From NCBI GenBank assembly GCA_963693055.1, contig OY843751.1, positions 5,632,001-5,696,000 on the forward strand: DNA of 64,000 nucleotides. The letters are read 5' to 3'. The notes beneath the pieces are model-generated. The model did no database searches and had not been told where the DNA came from. It saw only the letters and a list, made by a program, of their open reading frames with translations. Origin of the DNA: a bacterium. Its GTDB lineage: Bacteria; Zhuqueibacterota; Zhuqueibacteria; Residuimicrobiales; Krinioviventaceae. The position numbers and the translations under genes are program-made. Of this stretch, positions 58,901 to 64,000 are shown piece after piece (position 1 is the stretch's first letter; the number at the start of each line of letters is the position of its first letter).

Positions 58901-60438
58901 TTATGGGTACACCGTTAACAACAACTGACGGTGAGTGTATAGGTATACTTGCAATTATGGATACAAAACCCATTAAAGACTCTGTACAAACACAAAACAT
59001 TTTGGAAACCTTTGCAGACAGAGCATCTGCCGAACTGGAAAGAATTTATACAGAACAGGCTCTGCGTGAAAGTGAAGAGAAATACAGATTATTAATTGAA
59101 AATCAAACAGATATGGTAACCAAAGTTGATACAAACGGTTACTTTATGTTTGTAAGTCACTCTTTTTGTGAAATTTTTGGTAAAACCGAATCTGAATTAA
59201 TAGGCAAGCAATTTCTACCACATATTCACAAAGAAGACCGGGAAAAAGCAACACGGGCAATGGAGACCCTGAACAAACCACCTTACTCTTGCTATATAGA
59301 ACAACGTTATATGACACGTAAAGGGATGCGTTGGTTAGGTTGGTCTTATAAATCGGTCCTTGATAAAAATAATAATGTTATTTCAGTCATCGGTGTAGGT
59401 AGAGATGTTAATGAACGGGTTATTGCAGAAAACCAGCTATCTGTTAGTAAAGCCCGGTTAGAAGCACTGATACAATCTTCCCCTTCTGCTATTATCGCTC
59501 TCAATTCTGATGGTGTTGTAATACTTTGGAATCCCGCAGCTGAACGTATTTTCGGTTGGAAAGCTGAAGAAGTCATTGGAAATTTTAATCCATTAATGCC
59601 CAAAGATAAAATATTGTCTTTTAAAAACCGCTTGAAAAACAAATTGTATAATTTTGAAACCATTGAAGAATTAAAAAGATTACACAAAGACGGTACGCTT
59701 ATTGATGTCAGCTTGGCATCCGGTCCATTAAAAGATGAAAAAGGCAACATTATTGGCATGACAGGTATTTTTACAGATATTACCGAAAGAAAACAAGCTG
59801 AAAAAATGATCAAACAATCACTTTTAGAAAAAGAAGTGCTGTTAAAAGAAATCCATCATCGCGTTAAAAACAATATGGCAATAATAACCGGACTATTGAA
59901 TCTACAATCCAATGCAATCAAGAGCAAAACCAACATTGCCGATGCATTCAAAGAAAGCGTGAACCGCATCCGCTCAATGGCTCTGGTCCACGAAAAACTG
60001 TACAAGTCGGATGATTTTAGCAAAATCGAATTCAGAGAATACATTCAATCCATGGCCAATGAACTGGTACGATCTTATGATATCTATAACAAAGTAAATG
60101 TCGTTTATGATCTTGAAGACGTTGAACTGGATATCAACCAGGCAATCCCTTGCGGTTTGATTCTTAACGAATTGGTAACCAATTCTCTTAAACATGCTTT
60201 TCCCAACAAAGATAAAGGCACATTGTGGATACAATTAACCATCCTTTCTTCTAACCTGCTTCAACTCTCTGTCAAGGATGATGGCATAGGCTGTAAAGAA
60301 GAAAAAATTGAAAACTCTAACACCCTTGGTATTCAGCTTGTTAAAAATTTATCACAACAGATTCACGGTAAAATGGAATATACGTGTGATAATGGGTCTC
60401 AATTTAATATTTCTTTCCCCGGCTTTCCTAAAAATTAA
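55936..60438 (+). CDS. Membrane-bound multi-PAS/GAF sensor histidine kinase, HisKA_2 family
   Basis: 2 N-terminal TMs, about 7 PAS and 2 GAF domains, LLKEIHHRVKNN, NELVTNSLKHAF, DDGIG. Confidence 0.93.
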   Translation: MVGTMKIDLKIMSGAIGFGIAVWIIDTAMDYYFFYDNSFPNLLYSHIPPHELYIRTIILLLFVIFGILVSLISGRQKRIQENLRVTLKSIGDAFIATDAFGNITEMNPVAEKLTGWTIKEAKNQPVSNVFHIINAKTRDSVENPVFRVLKEGKIIGLANHTVLISKDGTERQIADSGAPIMSENGDILGVVLIFRDVTEEYKLQNEIQKNEQFLKGIFESIQDGLLVLNPDLTIRHSNQTMKKWYEHQLPHEGKICYQCFHGKDKSCNNCPALRCMETLKTERHIVKNEKGSMTDWVEIFSYPVIDSKTNTVTSVIEFVRNITEQVRQNKQIERLNRVLRGIRNVNQLITVEKDRQKLIEQTCKELTKTQGYTASWILLLDENNNIIEHAKSGIGENFKDFIEQQHQSMHDCIQDVLNDPNITEFNKPLSYCKDCSLSNIEPNGFIMQTRLEHDNNMMGLLMVALPTDDLDDEERELFQEVSNDIALALYNINISEEKNIAIAALHESEIQFRNVIQSSPLGTFIYKLDDQNKLVFSGTNPAADKILGIDTKQFIGLTIEEAFPPLLETNIIDIYYKIAQDGSSWTSEKVEYDAGDIKGVYELYAYQTFPGSMAVHFMDITDRKLAENILIESEQRYRLLAETAHDLICIHDMEGNIEYLNASAKKMLCNRKNMNDKLNILDFIPDDEKQAVINRSKKRRTGDTGINLYTAVYMDQNNQRRIMEVSSSPIIINQDTQKILIVARDNTEKHQVQQALKESEKRYELVLEGAELGTWDWFVQTDQFTVDQRWAEIVGYSLDELNADNNTDLWTDLSHPDDRKKSNTLIAKHFNGEIENYECEIRMKHKNGHWVWVLDRGKVVEWDNKGKPARMSGTHLDITQHKTIQATLDLVIEGTKHSTGDLFFRNLVLGLAKAFDVEFVFTGKYLSNEKKITSISSCKNQKIIDNFEVKISNTPVYEVIHKGKVVYTHNVQQIFPLDRNLKKYNIDSFMGTPLTTTDGECIGILAIMDTKPIKDSVQTQNILETFADRASAELERIYTEQALRESEEKYRLLIENQTDMVTKVDTNGYFMFVSHSFCEIFGKTESELIGKQFLPHIHKEDREKATRAMETLNKPPYSCYIEQRYMTRKGMRWLGWSYKSVLDKNNNVISVIGVGRDVNERVIAENQLSVSKARLEALIQSSPSAIIALNSDGVVILWNPAAERIFGWKAEEVIGNFNPLMPKDKILSFKNRLKNKLYNFETIEELKRLHKDGTLIDVSLASGPLKDEKGNIIGMTGIFTDITERKQAEKMIKQSLLEKEVLLKEIHHRVKNNMAIITGLLNLQSNAIKSKTNIADAFKESVNRIRSMALVHEKLYKSDDFSKIEFREYIQSMANELVRSYDIYNKVNVVYDLEDVELDINQAIPCGLILNELVTNSLKHAFPNKDKGTLWIQLTILSSNLLQLSVKDDGIGCKEEKIENSNTLGIQLVKNLSQQIHGKMEYTCDNGSQFNISFPGFPKN

Positions 60439-60522
60439 TTCTATTCACACAAACACTTGCATTACACGATTTTATTTATTTATTTACAATATCTGTTAAT
60501 CTTAAACTACCAAGGTACGTAT

Positions 60523-61272
60523 ATGAATGAAATAAATGTAATAAATAATATTGGACAAATATTGGGTCTGGAACTTAAACAACTTGATCCACAGGATATT
60601 ATGGACAATGATGCGTTTCTCCGCAAAAAAGGGGAATACCAACACGATTCAATTCTTTTAAGAGGATTTAGTATTCTAGGTAATAATGTAACAACGTTGT
60701 GTCTGGATTATCTGCAATTGGATGAAAACATTATTAAACTGCTGCTACAGTTGGAAAACCTGGAGAACCTGAGCCTGCGTGGTACATTGATAGAGTCTTT
60801 TTCTTTTTTAGAAAAGATGAAAAACATCAGCATTCTGGATCTGTCTTTTAACCAGCTTGAAGATATATGGTTCTTGAAAGATATGAAAAACCTGACAGCT
60901 TTATATCTGAGTTACAATATGATTAGAAAAGGGAAATATCTTGCAGATATGGAAAACCTGACAGCCTTGGACTTGAGTGCAAATCAAATTGAAGATTACA
61001 GTTTTCTTGAAACTCTAAAAAACTTGAAATGCCTGTATTTGAGTTACAATCAACTTGAGGATGCGTCTTTTTTAAAATCTCTGAACACGCTTGAACATCT
61101 GGATCTCAGTAAAAATCAGATTAATGATACTTCTTTTTTAGCGGCTCTTCCCAATCTGACATCGCTGGATCTAAGTGAGAATGGAATTACAGATACATCT
61201 TTTTTAAAATCACTAAAAAAACTAAAATCTTTTTCAATACATGAAAACCCGGTCATTGATCCGTTAAAATAA
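60523..61272 (+). CDS. Leucine-rich repeat protein (22-aa internalin/SDS22-like repeats)
   Basis: About 7 LxxLxLSxNxI/LxDxxFL repeats; no signal peptide from ATG 60523. Confidence 0.88.
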   Translation: MNEINVINNIGQILGLELKQLDPQDIMDNDAFLRKKGEYQHDSILLRGFSILGNNVTTLCLDYLQLDENIIKLLLQLENLENLSLRGTLIESFSFLEKMKNISILDLSFNQLEDIWFLKDMKNLTALYLSYNMIRKGKYLADMENLTALDLSANQIEDYSFLETLKNLKCLYLSYNQLEDASFLKSLNTLEHLDLSKNQINDTSFLAALPNLTSLDLSENGITDTSFLKSLKKLKSFSIHENPVIDPLK

Positions 61273-61295
61273 ACCTCCCGACAGAATCGGGAGGT
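61273..61295. terminator. Hairpin terminator between convergent genes
   Basis: ACCTCCCGA-cagaa-TCGGGAGGT. Confidence 0.7.
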
Positions 61296-61303
61296 AAAAT
61301 ATC

Positions 61304-62167
61304 TTAACCATTTAAAAGGGTATTCATATTATTAAAACTGGTTGTTATGGCTTCCAGAACAGAACCTTCGCATCTGTCCTGTTCTACAATGAACCATTCC
61401 ACACCAATTTCACGCGCGATCTTGACAATTGCGGGAAAATCCATAATACCTGTGCCAACAGGTGCAAAGCTGCCTTTTTCATCAGCAGCCATGTCTTTCA
61501 TGTGCAGCATGGTACAGCGGTCTTTATAAGTTTTCATATATTCTACCGGATCCAATCCGCCTTTTTTTACCCAGAACAAATCCGCTTCCAGCTTGACCAG
61601 ATCAGGCTGTGTATTTTCAAGCATAATATCGTACAGATACTTGCCGACCACGGTTTCAAATTCAAAAGCGTGATTATGATAGGCTAACTGCATTCCCGCT
61701 TTATTAATGGCTTGACCAAATGTATTCATCTGCTCACCAAAAGCTTTGATTCCATCAACACCGCCATCACGGAATTTACGCGGCATAGAGGGACAAACGA
61801 TTTGTTTGTTGCCCAATTCCAGATTATATTCGATTGTTTTCTGTAAATCCCCTTCCAACGCACCAAATCCGGTATGGGTACCGGCACAAACCACACCCAG
61901 TTCATCAATTAATGCCTTGACTTCTTTAGCGGTCATGCCGCCGTAACCGGCAAATTCAAATGCATTGTAACCGATGCCGGCCACTTTACGCAATGTACCT
62001 GCAAAATCTTCTTTTGTCAATTCGCGTACAGTATATAACTGAATGCCGACCAGGGTTTCTTTTTTCGCTTGTGGTGCGCTGCAGCCAGTCAAGCCCAAGC
62101 CCAATGCGGCACCTGCGGCTGCCATGTGTTTACCAAAATCACGACGCGATATATTATTTGCTTTCAT
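61304..62167 (-). CDS. Tat-exported (probable lipoprotein) sugar-phosphate isomerase/epimerase TIM-barrel protein
   Basis: SRRDFGK Tat motif, LTGC lipobox, GIQLYTVR, YHNHAFEF, LHMKD, VEQD. Confidence 0.88.
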   Translation of the reverse strand: MKANNISRRDFGKHMAAAGAALGLGLTGCSAPQAKKETLVGIQLYTVRELTKEDFAGTLRKVAGIGYNAFEFAGYGGMTAKEVKALIDELGVVCAGTHTGFGALEGDLQKTIEYNLELGNKQIVCPSMPRKFRDGGVDGIKAFGEQMNTFGQAINKAGMQLAYHNHAFEFETVVGKYLYDIMLENTQPDLVKLEADLFWVKKGGLDPVEYMKTYKDRCTMLHMKDMAADEKGSFAPVGTGIMDFPAIVKIAREIGVEWFIVEQDRCEGSVLEAITTSFNNMNTLLNG

Positions 62168-62350
62168 ACCTCTCCTCTCCTCTTGCATTATATTAAATTT
62201 CGTTTGTATAATATACAACAGATAGGGATTAAATGTGAAAAAAAAATGTTGACATTATTTAAAAAATTTATTTATTTAGAAAATAATAGGTGCAAGTTTT
62301 TTTCAATTATTTTTTGCAATTAAAAAATTTTTTAAGTCAATAAAAAATCC

Positions 62351-62411
62351 TACCCTTGGCAGTACGCTCTTTCAACAATCCGGAAAAAGCCGATCCCAGG
62401 GGTATTTTTTT
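62351..62411 (+). other. Structured leader element: stem with 36-nt interior followed by T7
   Basis: TACCCTTGG (62351-59) pairs with CCAGGGGTA (62396-404, one G-U pair), then TTTTTTT. Confidence 0.45.
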
Positions 62412-62462
62412 AACACTTTTCCTATTCATATCAAAAAATACTAATCTAACTTAATTAAGAAT

Positions 62463-63806
62463 ATGAATACTTATCAAGCCGGAAAAAGCTTCGAAGATAA
62501 ATTTTATGAATTAATTAGAGATGAACTTGAAAATGAAAGATTACCATTCAAATCTAAATATTGTAAATTATATAAACAAAAAGGTTATTATTCTAAAGAT
62601 AGAGAATCTGAAATAAAAATAGATATCTCTATTGAAATAAACTTTCCCAACCAATTATTTTTATTAGTTGCTTTCGAATGTAAAAATTATAATCATAGAA
62701 TACCAGTAAACGACATTGAAGAATTCGATTCTAAATTAAGACAAATTGAAGGTTTAAATGTAAAGGGGATTTTTGTATCATCAAGTAGCTTTCAAAAAGG
62801 TGCATATAACTTTGCAAAAAACAAAAGAATAGGCTTAATTAGATTATTAAATGATAATAAATTAAAATGGGAATTAAGCAGAACAGTTTCTTTATTTACT
62901 AATGAGAAAGCAAACATAAATTATGAACATATTGAAGAAATATTAACTACTGATGAATTCATTCATGACTATATAAATTTTTATGCAATTTGGGATAAAC
63001 AATATTCAATTAATTTCAATCATTACCTATTTACATTAATAAAAGATAGTATACCCAAAAATTTCTTTTCTCTTCACAAGGAAATAAAAAATAAAAATAC
63101 AACAAACGGAACTGTCCCTTTTATCCCTGAAGAAGACATTGAAAATGAAACTTTAAAAATACTGAAAGGAATTGATTATAACGGTTCGGCAGTCTCTCTG
63201 GATACAATTTGTGAAAATTTGATCAAAGACAATAGACTTAATTTTTACTATAAAGACTCGATTGGTCATGATCATCTTGGTTATGAGATACTAGGTAAAA
63301 TCTCTTTCGATCCAACAGAAATAATAATAGCAAAAGATATACAAAGTAGTTCATTCAGGCAAAGATTTACAATTGCACATGAATTAGGACATTTTTTTTT
63401 ACTCCATAATAAGTTCATAAAAAATGAATACTATTCCGAAATTGATTATAAAAATAATGAAGAATATCTAATTCCAAATTCAAACATTAAAAAACTTGAA
63501 ACTCAAGCTAATATATTTGCTAGTCAATTGCTAATGCCAAAATTACATTTTATTAAAAAATTCTTTGAGTTACTCAAGAAAGAAAATATGAAAAATCGTG
63601 GTTTTGGATTTTTATATGTAGACAACCAACAAGGTAATTATAATAAATTCCTTATAATTACCAACTCATTAAGAAATCACTTTTATGTATCAAGGAAGGC
63701 TGTTATTATTAGACTAAAAGAGCTTAATTTGATAAATGAAGAAAGTGATAATAATTTAAATATCTCTTTAAGGCAAACTAAAAATAAAATTAATGACTGG
63801 TTTTAA
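62463..63806 (+). CDS. Mrr-type PD-(D/E)XK endonuclease fused to an ImmA/IrrE (M78) metallopeptidase
   Basis: GKSFE...IDI...ECKNY...GIFVSSSSF; RQRFTIAHELGH...ETQANIFASQLLMP; markedly AT-rich. Confidence 0.88.
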   Translation: MNTYQAGKSFEDKFYELIRDELENERLPFKSKYCKLYKQKGYYSKDRESEIKIDISIEINFPNQLFLLVAFECKNYNHRIPVNDIEEFDSKLRQIEGLNVKGIFVSSSSFQKGAYNFAKNKRIGLIRLLNDNKLKWELSRTVSLFTNEKANINYEHIEEILTTDEFIHDYINFYAIWDKQYSINFNHYLFTLIKDSIPKNFFSLHKEIKNKNTTNGTVPFIPEEDIENETLKILKGIDYNGSAVSLDTICENLIKDNRLNFYYKDSIGHDHLGYEILGKISFDPTEIIIAKDIQSSSFRQRFTIAHELGHFFLLHNKFIKNEYYSEIDYKNNEEYLIPNSNIKKLETQANIFASQLLMPKLHFIKKFFELLKKENMKNRGFGFLYVDNQQGNYNKFLIITNSLRNHFYVSRKAVIIRLKELNLINEESDNNLNISLRQTKNKINDWF

Positions 63807-64000
63807 ACAACAAATACCTTATAATATAAAAAACAAAACATCCATGTTTAAATTTGAGAAATTTTTGTATTTTCTGGAGTACAAAGTCAAGTTGTTTTAT
63901 TCAATGTTCAAATTTGAATTTAATAAAAATATAAATCAAAAAACATCAATAATCATTTTCGTTTTTTCATGCAAAACTCAGTTAACCTCAAACTCGTACA

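Noticed and set aside
60760-61230. 66-bp periodic DNA similarity as a CRISPR or tandem repeat array
   Set aside because: Explained by the 22-aa LRR coding repeats; there are no identical repeats with unique spacers.
63844-64000. Open frame MFKFEKFLYF... running off the window end
   Set aside because: No SD, composition typical of AT-rich non-coding DNA, and truncated; cannot be supported.
1-64000. tRNA, rRNA, CRISPR array, transposase, integrase or prophage genes
   Set aside because: None recognised by eye; intergenic gaps are short and lack such signatures. A covariance-model scan was not possible.

Overview
This is a gene-dense, AT-rich bacterial chromosomal window. The gene content (SprA, PorU/PorV-like proteins, type A CTD cargo, Shine-Dalgarno use) suggests an FCB-related diderm outside Bacteroidota, such as KSB1 or Calditrichota; this is inference. 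In order it contains: (1) a lipid A/LPS operon (gnnA-like, lpxB, DUF374, lpxK ... lpxL, two GT9 heptosyltransferases, tsaC) interrupted by a ~7.4 kb signalling block. The block has a sigma54 activator, a sigma54 promoter with three TGT-N11-ACA boxes, and a very divergent sigma-like protein with a ZAS anti-sigma. It ends in an operon of two pseudo-receiver/DUF4388 proteins and two apparently inactive MglA/CvnD-like GTPase domains, one gene being split at a -1 slippery heptamer. (2) A long minus-strand run: sprA, glutaminyl cyclase-like M28, prmA, DUF4390, T9SS cargo, porU-like, porV-like, an OM barrel, murE, lysC, murA, murB. (3) lptFG, a TonB-anchored BlaI-like wHTH protein, cutA-tonB-exbB-exbD, a DUF4091 glycosidase and an AEC transporter. 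(4) A stand-alone pduS-pduT microcompartment pair, a PAS/GAF HisKA_2 kinase, an LRR protein and a Tat TIM-barrel protein. (5) A very AT-rich Mrr-type nuclease-ImmA/IrrE protease fusion, a candidate defence gene. No rRNA, tRNA, CRISPR array or transposase was recognised. All protein calls come from motif recognition by eye, not database searches.
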